Positions 21,394-32,006 of a DNA stretch of 64,000 nucleotides are shown here, piece after piece. Made by a program: the position numbers and the translations under genes. Source of the DNA: Nostoc sp. (GTDB lineage: Bacteria; Cyanobacteriota; Cyanobacteriia; Cyanobacteriales; Nostocaceae); NCBI GenBank assembly GCA_036918135.1, contig JBALDB010000062.1, forward strand, positions 38,599 through 102,598, in the 5' to 3' direction. The first letter of the stretch is position 1. Each line of letters opens with the position of its first letter. The notes below the pieces were generated by a model. It was not told the DNA's origin. It saw nothing but the letters and a program-made list of their open reading frames with translations, and ran no database searches.

Positions 21394-23181
21394 TCAAGAT
21401 TTAGGCTTATACGTCGAAGCAACGTGCAATTCTTTTAATTGCTTGACATCCACACCAGAAGGTGCATCTGTCAACAGACAACGAGCTTGTTGCGTCTTCG
21501 GAAAAGCAATCACATCGCGAATCGATTCTTCCCCAGCTAGCAACATTACCAAACGGTCTAAACCGTAGGCAATGCCACCATGCGGCGGTGTACCATATTC
21601 AAATGCTTCCAACAAAAAGCCAAATTTATTTTGTGCTTCTTCAGGAGATAAACCGATCGCTTCAAATACCTGTTGTTGAATTTCGCGCTGATAAATCCGC
21701 AGACTTCCACCGCCAACTTCCACGCCGTTGAGTACCAAGTCGTAAGCTTGGGCGCGTGCAGTTTTTAAATCGCTTAAATCCTCAGGATTTGGTGCTGTAA
21801 ACGGGTGATGCAGTGCTTCTAAGCGTTTTTCGCCAGCGTTCCACTCAAACATCGGGAAATCTGTAATCCACAGCAAGTTAATTTTTTCTGGATCGATTAA
21901 GTCAAATTCCTTGGCAATAACTTGCCGCAATCTATCCAAAGTTTTATTAACAGTGGCAGCATCACCAGCCCCAAACAATAACAAATGTCCAGCTTTGGCA
22001 TCTGTGCGTCGGAGAATTTCTTGTTTTTGTTCGGCGCTGAGGTTGTCTTTAATTGCCCCAATGGTGTCAATTTCGCCATCGTCTCTGACGCGGATATAAG
22101 CTAAACCTTTAGCACCAGCTTCGCTGGCTTCTTTGAATAAATCACCACCTGGTTTGATGCGGACATTAGAAATTACATCGTTACCATTGGGAATGGGTAG
22201 GATTTTCACAACACCGCCATTGATTACAGTGTCTCGAAAGACTTTAAAATTAGAGTCTTTGACAATATCCGAGACATTGATTAATTCCAAACCATAGCGA
22301 GTATCTGGTTTATCGCTACCGTAGCGTTCCATTCCTTCGGCGTAGGTGAGGCGGGGGAAAGGGCGCTGTAACTCAATGCCTTTAACCGTTTTGAAGATAT
22401 GACAAACTAACTTTTCGTTGAGTTCGATAATTTCTTCTTGAGACATGAAGCTCATTTCCATGTCTAACTGAGTGAATTCTGGTTGTCTGTCGGCGCGTAA
22501 ATCTTCATCGCGGAAGCAACGGGCAATTTGATAATATCTATCCAAGCCGGATACCATTAGCAATTGTTTAAATAACTGGGGTGATTGGGGTAGAGCAAAC
22601 CATTCACCAGGGTTAACGCGACTGGGTAAGATATAATCTCTAGCACCTTCGGGAGTCGAACGCGTAAGTATTGGGGTTTCGACTTCGATAAAACCCTCTA
22701 AATCTTCCAAGTAACGGCGCATGGCTTTAACAATTTGATGACGCAGTTGCAAATTTTGCGCCATACGTTCGCGCCGCAAATCTAAATAGCGATATTTCAG
22801 CCGCAAGTCTTCCCGCACTGTTTCGCTGTCGGTTATAGAAACTTGGAAAGGTAACTGTTTACGGACGGCGTTGAGTAGTTGAATTCGGTCGGCGTAAACT
22901 TCTATCTCACCTGTGGGTAGACGCGGATTTAGGGATTCTTCGGGGCGTTGTGTCACCCTACCAGTGATTTCAACAACATATTCATTTCGCAGAGCGTTCG
23001 CCTGCTCATAGGAATCGGGGGTGCGTTGCGGATCGCTAACGATTTGGACAATACCAGAGCGATCGCGTAAATCTAAAAATATCACGCCCCCATGATCGCG
23101 GCGACGGTCTACCCATCCGTAAAAGGTAACTGTTTCTCCAATATGTTCTTTTCGGAGTTCGCCGCAATAGTGAGTTCGCAT
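21394..23181 (-). CDS. aspS: Aspartate--tRNA ligase
   Basis: [53 protein letters not shown]. Confidence 0.99.
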   Translation of the reverse strand: MRTHYCGELRKEHIGETVTFYGWVDRRRDHGGVIFLDLRDRSGIVQIVSDPQRTPDSYEQANALRNEYVVEITGRVTQRPEESLNPRLPTGEIEVYADRIQLLNAVRKQLPFQVSITDSETVREDLRLKYRYLDLRRERMAQNLQLRHQIVKAMRRYLEDLEGFIEVETPILTRSTPEGARDYILPSRVNPGEWFALPQSPQLFKQLLMVSGLDRYYQIARCFRDEDLRADRQPEFTQLDMEMSFMSQEEIIELNEKLVCHIFKTVKGIELQRPFPRLTYAEGMERYGSDKPDTRYGLELINVSDIVKDSNFKVFRDTVINGGVVKILPIPNGNDVISNVRIKPGGDLFKEASEAGAKGLAYIRVRDDGEIDTIGAIKDNLSAEQKQEILRRTDAKAGHLLLFGAGDAATVNKTLDRLRQVIAKEFDLIDPEKINLLWITDFPMFEWNAGEKRLEALHHPFTAPNPEDLSDLKTARAQAYDLVLNGVEVGGGSLRIYQREIQQQVFEAIGLSPEEAQNKFGFLLEAFEYGTPPHGGIAYGLDRLVMLLAGEESIRDVIAFPKTQQARCLLTDAPSGVDVKQLKELHVASTYKPKS

Positions 23182-23329
23182 AATTGTTAGTTCTGTTTAT
23201 CTGGGCTAGATTGGCAAGTAAATCTCAAAGCTTTCCCATTATCTAGCATCAATAGTAATTGTAGTAGTTTCAGTTCCAGAAAAAATCGATTAAGCTGATC
23301 TCACGCTTAAAACGGGATGGCATTTCACG

Positions 23330-23527
23330 TTAACAGTTAACTGCGTCGGGAACACAAACTCTCTGCACGCCAACAAACTCTAATGTTTCAACATTTTCTT
23401 GCTCAACCTCTAAAATTAGTTCGTTTAAAGACTTGGTTTAAATGTAACAGCGAGCAAGACTAAGTACTGAGGCAATAAAATTAACTTCAGAGTCCCGTTG
23501 GATAATGACGTTAAATTCTCTGGTCAT
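23330..23527 (-). pseudogene. hicB: HicB-type antitoxin pseudogene
   Basis: Manual translation MTREFNVIIQRDSEVNFIASVLSLARCYI*TKSLNELILEVEQENVETLEFVGVQRVCVPDAVNC*. HicB-like N-terminus with an in-frame TAA and an apparent internal deletion. Confidence 0.75.
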
Positions 23528-23602
23528 CTGGAAATTGTTATTTAAGTTAGATAGAGATAAGTAGTATAAAAGTACTGTTTTATCATCCAAAACTGATAAC
23601 TG

Positions 23603-24076
23603 TTAATCACTGTCTCCATAAAAATCTTCATCTAATAATTGTTCAACAATAAAAGGACAATCTAGAGGATATTCTGCTTTTGAAGGTTTTCTGACTCCTA
23701 ATTTAGGGTTTTGACTTTCTTTGATTGCCAGCTTCCGGGCATCGGCATAGGCTTGAGAAATAACTTCAGTAATATAATTTTTAAAAGAAGGATTTTCTGC
23801 TAAATCCTTTTTTACTCGAAAACGATGTTCTGTCACAGAACTATACCAGCTTACTTTCATCATCTCAGGAGCATCAAATTGAACGGTTAATTTGAGTAAA
23901 TGAGCAATCAAGATTGTTAAATTACTAATAAATGACCGTTTTTCTGACTTTCCCATGTCTTCTAATTCTAAAAGCAAATGCTCCCAGTCTATGTCATTAA
24001 AACGATGTTGTTTAATCTGTTCAATAATACTTTCTCGCCATAAATTAAAATCTTGTTCGTACAGTTGATTGTTCAT
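23603..24076 (-). CDS. DUF29 family protein
   Basis: LYEQDFNLW...IDWEHLLLELEDMGKSEKR...HLLK...ENPSFK...YPLDCPFIVEQLLDEDF. Confidence 0.92.
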   Translation of the reverse strand: MNNQLYEQDFNLWRESIIEQIKQHRFNDIDWEHLLLELEDMGKSEKRSFISNLTILIAHLLKLTVQFDAPEMMKVSWYSSVTEHRFRVKKDLAENPSFKNYITEVISQAYADARKLAIKESQNPKLGVRKPSKAEYPLDCPFIVEQLLDEDFYGDSD

Positions 24077-24422
24077 ATAACTTTAAATTTTTTAAATTTA
24101 TAAATTTTGAGATAGAATACTCTAATTTTAGAGTAACCCAATAGGTGCGATGCCAGTAGAAGAGCTTACGCCAATAAAGTAACCTTTAGCTGTATTGATG
24201 GGTGAAAAGCTATAACACGAAACAGCAGCAAATACAGAAGCAATTACTAGCTTAACAGATGCCAAAATCCTATTTTGTTTAGTGCGAATTGAGGATGAGC
24301 AGTTTTTCTCACAGTGGTTGAAAGAATTACCTAAAATTACTGAAGCTAAAAAACCTCTCTAGATATAGTGCGGCGCAGATATCTTTATCACCGTGGTACA
24401 CTGATTTATTAGCTTCAACCGA

Positions 24423-25331
24423 TTAATCGAGGTATTTTGCATTAGCAAAGAACCGCCGATAGTGAGTCGATGACCCATAAAGACTTTTATAAAAAAACCA
24501 GGTATCAAGTACTAGTTCCAACAGAGAAATTAACAACCAAAATGCTAGAGAAAAAATTACAGGTAGGCTGAGATCGGGAAACTTACTTTGTAAATCGATA
24601 ATACCAAATAACAACAAAAATAGCAGCGAAACTCCCAGAAGAAAAGACAACTTGACAATTGCGAGAATAAAACGGCTCATCTCCAAAATCCGATTGTAAA
24701 GCCGAGAAAATCTTTCCAGGATTTCTTCCATATTATTGATGACAAGAAAGATTTGTTGCCAGTGCAGATGGGTAGTTAAGGAGTATTGTTGCTGCACTTG
24801 CGCCCGTTCATATTCATTCTTGAAATTATCTAAAAGCTCGTCCAAAGATAGTACTTGAGAGCTAGTTTCCCAAATTGGAAAATCCTTTAAATGCAAAGGA
24901 ACTAAATAGTTAATCAGCTCTACCAAATTTTCATTAAAATTACTGAGTTCGGCGGGAAGAGACTGAGTTAGACGAATAAGTTGGTCAATCTGAATCTGAA
25001 GTGTGTAGTAATCATCATACTGCCTTTGAGCGATTAACTGACTATTAAACGTGAGAAAAACAATTAATACCCCCAATAAAGCAGCTAAGGACTGGGATAC
25101 AGCAGAAAAGAATTCAATCGCCACCTGTTTAGGCACTGTCAGCCAAGGGCCGTTTTCCCGCATAGCAAAAAGCAACGTAGTAACAAATACAACTCCTACG
25201 AACGCTAGCTGATGGCGGGTAAGAGTAGCTATGACTGTCCGCACTAAAGGAATGTTACTGAGTTGAACCAGGATTTTTAGACCTGGAACTGGTTCACAAA
25301 TTTCAAGTCGTTGGGCTTTGCGGGTTGACAT
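24423..25331 (-). CDS. Hypothetical membrane protein
   Basis: 302-aa ORF with ~4 hydrophobic segments flanking a helical soluble region. Confidence 0.75.
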   Translation of the reverse strand: MSTRKAQRLEICEPVPGLKILVQLSNIPLVRTVIATLTRHQLAFVGVVFVTTLLFAMRENGPWLTVPKQVAIEFFSAVSQSLAALLGVLIVFLTFNSQLIAQRQYDDYYTLQIQIDQLIRLTQSLPAELSNFNENLVELINYLVPLHLKDFPIWETSSQVLSLDELLDNFKNEYERAQVQQQYSLTTHLHWQQIFLVINNMEEILERFSRLYNRILEMSRFILAIVKLSFLLGVSLLFLLLFGIIDLQSKFPDLSLPVIFSLAFWLLISLLELVLDTWFFYKSLYGSSTHYRRFFANAKYLD

Positions 25332-25534
25332 GATTGAAGAAGAATACAGAATACAGAATTGGTGAATTCAGCAATCTTTTAGTGTAGCGAACTACCACCA
25401 GCACTTAGAACCACTAAATCTTTGATTTAGTGTGATGTTTCACCCTTTATTCATCCACCAGTCACACTTCAATTCAATTGGAGAATTCTGGCGAGTGAGG
25501 CATGTATTCTGTTTTGTTAAAAGTATCCCTATAC

Positions 25535-26815
25535 TTATTCCCCACGTTGTAAACTCACATGATTTGCCCTGGACTGAATCAATTTGTTTAGGTTAGCCAC
25601 GGCGCTAGCATATTGAGGATCGGCTAACGTCGCCAAGGTTCGGTTTTGGATTAATGCTTTCTGTTGTGCCTCGGTTAACTCCACTTTAATATCTGGTGCA
25701 ATGCCGACATGATTGATATCTCGACCTTTCGGTGTGTAGTATTTGGCGATCGTTAGTTTTAATGCCGAACCATCCTCCAGTGGCTCTACGGATTGAACTA
25801 AACCTTTACCGAAGGTGCGAGTTCCTACTAAGGTGGCGCGATTATCATCTTGCAAGGCTCCCGCCAAAATTTCGCTGGCGCTGGCAGATCCCTTATCGAC
25901 CAATATCACTAAAGGTTTGTTGGTGAGAGGATGTCCCGATGCATTGTAGCTATCTTTAACTTGGTTTCGATTTACCAAAGACACTATTGCCCCTCGGTCT
26001 AACCACATACTGGCAATTTGCAAACTTGCATTTAGCAGTCCACCTGGATCGGAACGCAGATCCAAAACGTAGCCTTGTACTTGCTGTTTTTCTAATGCTT
26101 GAATTGCCCGATACATCTCTTGGGGAGATGTTTGCGTAAACTCTGGTAAACGAATGTAACCAATCTTGCCGGCTGTGGTTGTTTGCGTGTTGTAAGTTAC
26201 AGGATGGATAGCAATATTTGCGCGGGTAAGGTTGAAAATTTGCGATTGATTGCCCCGTTGAATCGTCAGTACTACTTTGGTTCCTGCCGGGCCGAGAATC
26301 TGCTTAACAGCATCCTCTATTTTCATTCCCTGAGTGATTTGACCGTTAATTTGGACAATTATATCGTCCGGCAAAATACCCGCTTTAAAAGCAGGCGTTC
26401 CTTCAATGGGGGCGACAACGGTTAAAGCTTTAGTTTTCTCATTCTGTGCTAGTTCCAGTCCTACGCCACTGAGGTTACCAGAAAGGTCATTATTTAGGGC
26501 TTTAAATTCCTGGGGGTCGAAAAACTCCGTGTAGCGATCGCCTAATTTAGCCACCATTTCTTGAATTGCCCCATAAGCCTGTTCCTTGCTAGTATAGGAA
26601 CGGCTGAGATACTGCTGTCGAATTGCTTTCCAATCTTGATGGTTAAAGCTGACATCAACATAATTTTTATCTAAAATTTGCCACACTTCATCCACAAGTT
26701 TTTGAGGGCTAGATTGGGGTTTACCTAGAGCTTTTGAAGCGTAGAGACTAGTTCCTCCTAAGATTGCGGCGATAACGGCAAGTTCTATCTTGACGAGCAA
26801 TTTTTGTTTAAACAT
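25535..26815 (-). CDS. Carboxyl-terminal processing protease (S41, CtpA family) with PDZ domain
   Basis: GVGLEL PDZ, LDLRSDPGG, SASASEILAGAL, TFGKGLVQ; signal peptide. Confidence 0.95.
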   Translation of the reverse strand: MFKQKLLVKIELAVIAAILGGTSLYASKALGKPQSSPQKLVDEVWQILDKNYVDVSFNHQDWKAIRQQYLSRSYTSKEQAYGAIQEMVAKLGDRYTEFFDPQEFKALNNDLSGNLSGVGLELAQNEKTKALTVVAPIEGTPAFKAGILPDDIIVQINGQITQGMKIEDAVKQILGPAGTKVVLTIQRGNQSQIFNLTRANIAIHPVTYNTQTTTAGKIGYIRLPEFTQTSPQEMYRAIQALEKQQVQGYVLDLRSDPGGLLNASLQIASMWLDRGAIVSLVNRNQVKDSYNASGHPLTNKPLVILVDKGSASASEILAGALQDDNRATLVGTRTFGKGLVQSVEPLEDGSALKLTIAKYYTPKGRDINHVGIAPDIKVELTEAQQKALIQNRTLATLADPQYASAVANLNKLIQSRANHVSLQRGE

Positions 26816-26941
26816 ACTTTAACTATTGAAGAATAATTCAGAATCCAGAATTCAGCAATGCTTGAAGAAGGGGATTAAATACCCCTACTCGTATATAATT
26901 TTTTTGAATTCTGACTCCTGAATTCTATTTTAATCAAACTA

Positions 26942-27328
26942 CTAAGAATTATTTTGGGATTGCCCTTTACGGTGTGGATAGGCAGTTTTAAAAATATCTT
27001 GAATTTTAGTCTTTTGTTCAGCCGTGAGATCCAGGCTCAACACTGCTTTACGCATTTTTTCACCTTGTTGCAATTTCGCTGACAATTGCTTCACCTGATC
27101 TGGAGTTAGAACTGCCTCAACTTGCTTGCGAACTGCTTCTCGCTTCTCGGCGCGTTCCGGTGTATTCGATGCCGGATTCGTTGTAGAAGTGTTAGTATCA
27201 GATACCTTTGTTCCAGAGTTGTCCCCTTGAGACACATCTGGAGACTTAGAATTGGTGCAACCTGTGATTCCTGTAATCAGGATAGTTGCAAGTAAAAATG
27301 CTGGTAAAATTATTTGTTTTTTAATCAT
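26942..27328 (-). CDS. Lipoprotein with Spy/CpxP-like LTxxQ motifs
   Basis: Lipobox ITGC; VLTPDQ and LTAEQK motifs. Confidence 0.75.
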   Translation of the reverse strand: MIKKQIILPAFLLATILITGITGCTNSKSPDVSQGDNSGTKVSDTNTSTTNPASNTPERAEKREAVRKQVEAVLTPDQVKQLSAKLQQGEKMRKAVLSLDLTAEQKTKIQDIFKTAYPHRKGQSQNNS

Positions 27329-27906
27329 TTACCTGTGTTGTTTTTCTTGTATACGATTATGACTGTTTTAATTTGATTTTAGTTGATGACTTTTCAGAAG
27401 ATGTTTGAAAATTTGCTACTTTACCCACATCCCCAGCTAATCTTAAAAGTTGAGATAGATTTGTGCATGGGCAAGAATTCCTAAGCTGGCCAGTAAAAAA
27501 GTACTTAATTTATTGTGACTTTTTTCCTAGATTATGAATAATTAATCAGTCGAAATGGCTCTATCGATATTAGAGACAGATTCGTTATAGAAAAAGAAGA
27601 GTTTGATTATCCACTACGCCAATTTCTTTAACTTTTTAAACAAGTCAACTAATTTTGGAAAGTTCTGTACCCTGTGGAATGGCAAAGCCAGACCTTGCAG
27701 GCTTGACTTAGGGATTTGCAATAAATAAATTACTACTACTTGTTGGCTGAGGGATTTACAAAAAATAAATTGTCCCTCTTGTGGAGTAGGCAGGAAAGCC
27801 TGCCCTGAATATAGGAAGGGTTTGGATACTCATCTCACAAGAAAATTCGGAATATTTTTTTGTCAGTCTTTTACCCCACTCGCACTTTCCAATTTAAAGG
27901 ACTAAT

Positions 27907-29202
27907 GTGTTTTTTAACAATATTCCCTCTAAAATTGTGAAAATACTGATGGTTTTGTCATCGAGACCATTGAGTTGGAACAGTTCTATGGTTAGCTTGA
28001 CCTACCCATCGTTTCGTCTGTTGCTTTACTTAGAGTGGTTATTATTAGCCACGGCAATGTTCATGGAAGTTCTGTTGCCATTTGAGTTTTCCTGGTCATT
28101 GCTGCTACGAGTTCTGGCGATCGCAACTTTCAGCTTGATGGGCTTGAGACTACCAATGGTTAAGCTGGAAACGAAATTAGTTTATACAGCCCTGGAATTT
28201 GGTTTAATTTTGCTACCAGCGACTCACCATAGCTTATCTAGTCGCTCCGTTTTCCTGCTATGTCTGGTACTAGTGATGCGGAGTTGTCTGATATTTAAGC
28301 GTTTTGGACAGTTAGTTGTCTTGAGTTTATCTCTGCTTTGTTATGGAACACTGCTTTTGTCAAGACCGATTGTACCTGAGAATTTTATCGCAAATAAACT
28401 GATTGTCATGTCCTGGGACTGGCGATTAAGTAATATATTATTGTTTAGCTTAACCTTAGTATTCGCTTTACTGTTAATTAATGCCCTGCTTGCAGAGCGC
28501 CAAAGTCGAGAGCAGTTAGAAATCGCCCATCAACAATTAGAGATAACCAATCAACAGCTGTGCCAGTATGCGCTACGGATTGAAGATCAGGCAACCTTGC
28601 AAGAACGCAACCGAATTGCCCGCGAAATTCATGATGGGTTGGGTCACACTTTAGCTGCCCAAACAATTCAGATTAATAACACGCTGTTGTTCTGGGAATC
28701 GAATAATGACAAAGCATTGGCATTTCTCAAACAGGCAAAGCAACTGGGGGCTGAAGCGCTACTGGAAATTCGGCGATCGCTTTCTGTTTTGCGTTCAAAT
28801 CCTTTGCAAGGACAATCTCTCAAATCAGCGATTGAAAAGCTGTTGACAGATTTTCAGCAAACCACAGGTATTGAACCGTCTTGTAAAATTGATGTCCCAC
28901 ACACTTTGCCAACAGAAGTAAACACCGCTCTTTACCGCATAGTACAAGAATCGCTGACAAATATTTGCAAACACGCTCAGGCGACGAGTGTCACTGTTGG
29001 ACTACTGGCTTACGCTGGAATGATTCATCTGTCAATCGAAGATGATGGAAAAGGATTTAACCCGACTCAAAATACAACCGGCTTTGGGCTACAAGGGATG
29101 CGAGAACGAGCAGTTGCACTGGGTGGTCAGTTGAATCTCCACAGTCAACTAGGAACAGGTTGCCGTATTTCTGTTTCTTTACCACTATCAAAGCTGTTGT
29201 GA
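27907..29202 (+). CDS. Membrane sensor histidine kinase (HisKA_3, NarX/DesK type)
   Basis: ERNRIAREIHDGLGH, QESLTNICKHA, EDDGKGF, GFGLQGMRER. The start may be at a downstream Met. Confidence 0.95.
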   Translation: MFFNNIPSKIVKILMVLSSRPLSWNSSMVSLTYPSFRLLLYLEWLLLATAMFMEVLLPFEFSWSLLLRVLAIATFSLMGLRLPMVKLETKLVYTALEFGLILLPATHHSLSSRSVFLLCLVLVMRSCLIFKRFGQLVVLSLSLLCYGTLLLSRPIVPENFIANKLIVMSWDWRLSNILLFSLTLVFALLLINALLAERQSREQLEIAHQQLEITNQQLCQYALRIEDQATLQERNRIAREIHDGLGHTLAAQTIQINNTLLFWESNNDKALAFLKQAKQLGAEALLEIRRSLSVLRSNPLQGQSLKSAIEKLLTDFQQTTGIEPSCKIDVPHTLPTEVNTALYRIVQESLTNICKHAQATSVTVGLLAYAGMIHLSIEDDGKGFNPTQNTTGFGLQGMRERAVALGGQLNLHSQLGTGCRISVSLPLSKLL

Positions 29203-29460
29203 AGTTAATGTCTCAGGAGGCAGGAGGGAACCCACCCTTAAAAGAGTGGATTGAAGCAAGGACATTTTATACGTTGCTGCAAGCAGTCTCGGTATAATTT
29301 TTGCTTTTAACTGGCCTTTAAACCCAGAACTAAAGTAGTTTTAATTGATACTTCCTACCTCCTGCCCTCTGCCTCCTAACTCCTGCCTTTGTTAGTAACT
29401 TTGTACAAATATTTAAAAACGCTACAACAGCGATCGCCCAGTGAATATGCATTTTAACTT

Positions 29461-30105
29461 ATGATTAAGATTTTATTAGTTGACGACCAGCATCTTATTC
29501 GCCAGGGACTTAAGAGTATGCTTGAGTCGAATGCCCAGATGCAGGTAATCGGTGAGGCAGAGAATGGGCAACGGGCACTCGAACAACTTCCCGCACTGCA
29601 ACCCGATATTGTACTAATGGATATTCGGATGCCGATAATGGATGGAGTTGCCACCACAAAAGCGATCGCTCAACAATATCCTGATATTAAGGTTCTTGTT
29701 CTCACCACCTTCGATGATGATGAGTATGTTTTTCAAGCAATGCGGCTAGGTGCAAAGGGGTATTTGCTCAAGGACACCGAACCAGATGAATTAATGTTGG
29801 CAATTTTAGCCGTCTACAAAGGACAAACCCTACTCGGCCCGGGATTGTTTGAGAAAGCACTCATGCCTATGCCCGTAACTGTCGCGTCTGTGGAACCTCC
29901 TCCAGAATTGGCACAACTCACACCCAGAGAATTAGACGTATTGCGCTTAATTGCTTCTGGAGCCAATAACCGTGAAATTGCGGAATCACTGTTTCTTTCA
30001 GAAAACACTATTAAGAATTATGTGACCAATATTCTTAGTCGGTTGAATTTACGCGATCGCACTCAAGCCGCTTTGTTTGCCCATTCTTTGTTTGGTGGAC
30101 GGTAG
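29461..30105 (+). CDS. NarL/LuxR family response regulator
   Basis: LVDDQ, MDIRMP, GYLLKD, LTPRELDVL...SENTIKNYVTNILSRL. Confidence 0.97.
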   Translation: MIKILLVDDQHLIRQGLKSMLESNAQMQVIGEAENGQRALEQLPALQPDIVLMDIRMPIMDGVATTKAIAQQYPDIKVLVLTTFDDDEYVFQAMRLGAKGYLLKDTEPDELMLAILAVYKGQTLLGPGLFEKALMPMPVTVASVEPPPELAQLTPRELDVLRLIASGANNREIAESLFLSENTIKNYVTNILSRLNLRDRTQAALFAHSLFGGR

Positions 30106-30212
30106 TGGGAAGCTGTAAAAAATATATGACAAGGGCACAATAATGTTATATTGTGCCCCTACCAAAATGCTGTATTTTACCGAATTTTAAACAGTTATAA
30201 TTCATCCCCTAT

Positions 30213-30641
30213 TCAACTCTGAGAATAAGGGTGATTAAAGGTTTCCCAAGCAGCTTTAGTAGCTTTTTGCAGGCGAAAGCTAAAGTCTATTAAGTCCTTC
30301 ATCAATAAGTGCCAGTTTCTCTCAGCTTCATCCTGAATTATTGCCCAAGAGTCTTCTAAGCGATCGCCTTTAACAATTTTCCTTCTTTCAATCAATTCTC
30401 TGGCTCGACGTACAGTATTTAAATAAGTTTCGCGTTTAAGAGTATCTGTTGAATCAATCTCAACTTGGGTGCGTCTTAGTGCCTCAATCAGCGCTTCAGT
30501 TTCGCGCTTCACCTCATCATTATCACCAACCGTATCAATTTCGAGTAATTCGTCGGGTTGAGAATTTATTTCGATAATTACTGTCGATTCGATTGATTTA
30601 ATAAATGTAGCTTCAATGGATTCGATATTGTTATTAGTCAT
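30213..30641 (-). CDS. Hypothetical protein
   Basis: 142-aa acidic, helical ORF downstream of htpX. Confidence 0.7.
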   Translation of the reverse strand: MTNNNIESIEATFIKSIESTVIIEINSQPDELLEIDTVGDNDEVKRETEALIEALRRTQVEIDSTDTLKRETYLNTVRRARELIERRKIVKGDRLEDSWAIIQDEAERNWHLLMKDLIDFSFRLQKATKAAWETFNHPYSQS

Positions 30642-30760
30642 ACTTCAAACATTCTTAATTACAAAGCTTAATCTCAAATCATAATTGCAGCCTGTATTCA
30701 ATAGTTATTAGTCATTTTTTCTTGGCAAATCACCAATGAACAATGACTAATAACTAATAT

Positions 30761-31630
30761 TTAATAAGCTTTTGTTGTCAGTTGTTGCTCTAATTTCAGC
30801 AATGCTGCAACTCGCACTTCTGTAGCAGGATGACTAGAGAATAAGTTACCCAAAAATTGTCCAGAAATGGAATTAATAATTAATAATGGCTCGAAAGCTG
30901 GATTAGTATTTAAAGGTATCTGTTTTGCTGTAGCTTCTAACCTTTGCAGCGCTCTAGCTAAAGCGCGGGGATTACCTGTTAATTTAGCAGAACCAGCATC
31001 AGCAGAGAATTCTCGCGTACGTGAAATTGCCAGCTGAATGATTGTTGCAGCTAATGGTGCAAGCATTACTGTTAATAAAACACCTAAGGGATTTCCACCT
31101 CTATTATCATCTCGCGATCCACTGCCGAACCATAAGCTGTAACTTACCATTTGGGCTAGAAATGAAATAGCACCAGCTACCGTAGCAGCAACAGCTTGTG
31201 TGAGGGTATCACGATTAATAATGTGGGTGAGTTCATGGGCAATAACGCCTTCTAGTTCGTCTTCTGGTAATATATTCAAAATCCCTTCGGTGACAGCAAC
31301 CGCAGCATTTTCTGGATCTCGTCCAGTAGCGAAGGCGTTAGCAGTTTGGCTGGGGACAATATAAACTCTAGGCGTAGGAATGTTGGCGCGGCGAGACAGC
31401 TTTTCCACCATCCGATAAAGTCCCGGTGCTTCCCTTTCACTCACAGGTTGTGCCCGATATACTGCAAGGGCAATTTTATCTGATTGATACCAGGAAAACA
31501 GGTTTGTTACTGCTGCTAAGCCGATTCCGATAATTAAACCACTAGTACCACCAATTACCCAGTAACTAATTGCGATTAAAAGACCACTTAGTGCAGCTAG
31601 CAAAGCAGCCGTTCTCAATTGATTTGTCAT
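30761..31630 (-). CDS. htpX: Zinc metalloprotease HtpX (M48)
   Basis: NAFATGRDP, HELTH (HExxH), ISRTREFSAD, FSSHP. Confidence 0.95.
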   Translation of the reverse strand: MTNQLRTAALLAALSGLLIAISYWVIGGTSGLIIGIGLAAVTNLFSWYQSDKIALAVYRAQPVSEREAPGLYRMVEKLSRRANIPTPRVYIVPSQTANAFATGRDPENAAVAVTEGILNILPEDELEGVIAHELTHIINRDTLTQAVAATVAGAISFLAQMVSYSLWFGSGSRDDNRGGNPLGVLLTVMLAPLAATIIQLAISRTREFSADAGSAKLTGNPRALARALQRLEATAKQIPLNTNPAFEPLLIINSISGQFLGNLFSSHPATEVRVAALLKLEQQLTTKAY

Positions 31631-32006
31631 ATTTTTGCTCTCCTGTTAATGCTGTGTATATAGGTTTTTAGAGAAAACAGCATTAATTAAGCCACGCCTT
31701 GATTGTATCTAGGTTAATTCAGATATATGGTGCAGAAAACCTATATAATAAGTACGGTTTTCCCTATTCTATTGTGGAAATGTCATCAAATTAATATCTG
31801 GTTTTGAGCTTTTTTACATTTGTTTTATATCAAATAAAGACAAGATAATAAACAAGTACATCTGTCTATAGTAATATATTTTATAAATATAAAATTTCTA
31901 TTTGATTTTTGCTCTTACTAAAACTCCAAAGGTTTATCTTTCTACTTTCTAGCTCCACAAGCAAGTTAAAAAATCAAAGCAGATTATTAAAATTTAGAAA
32001 GTGAAT

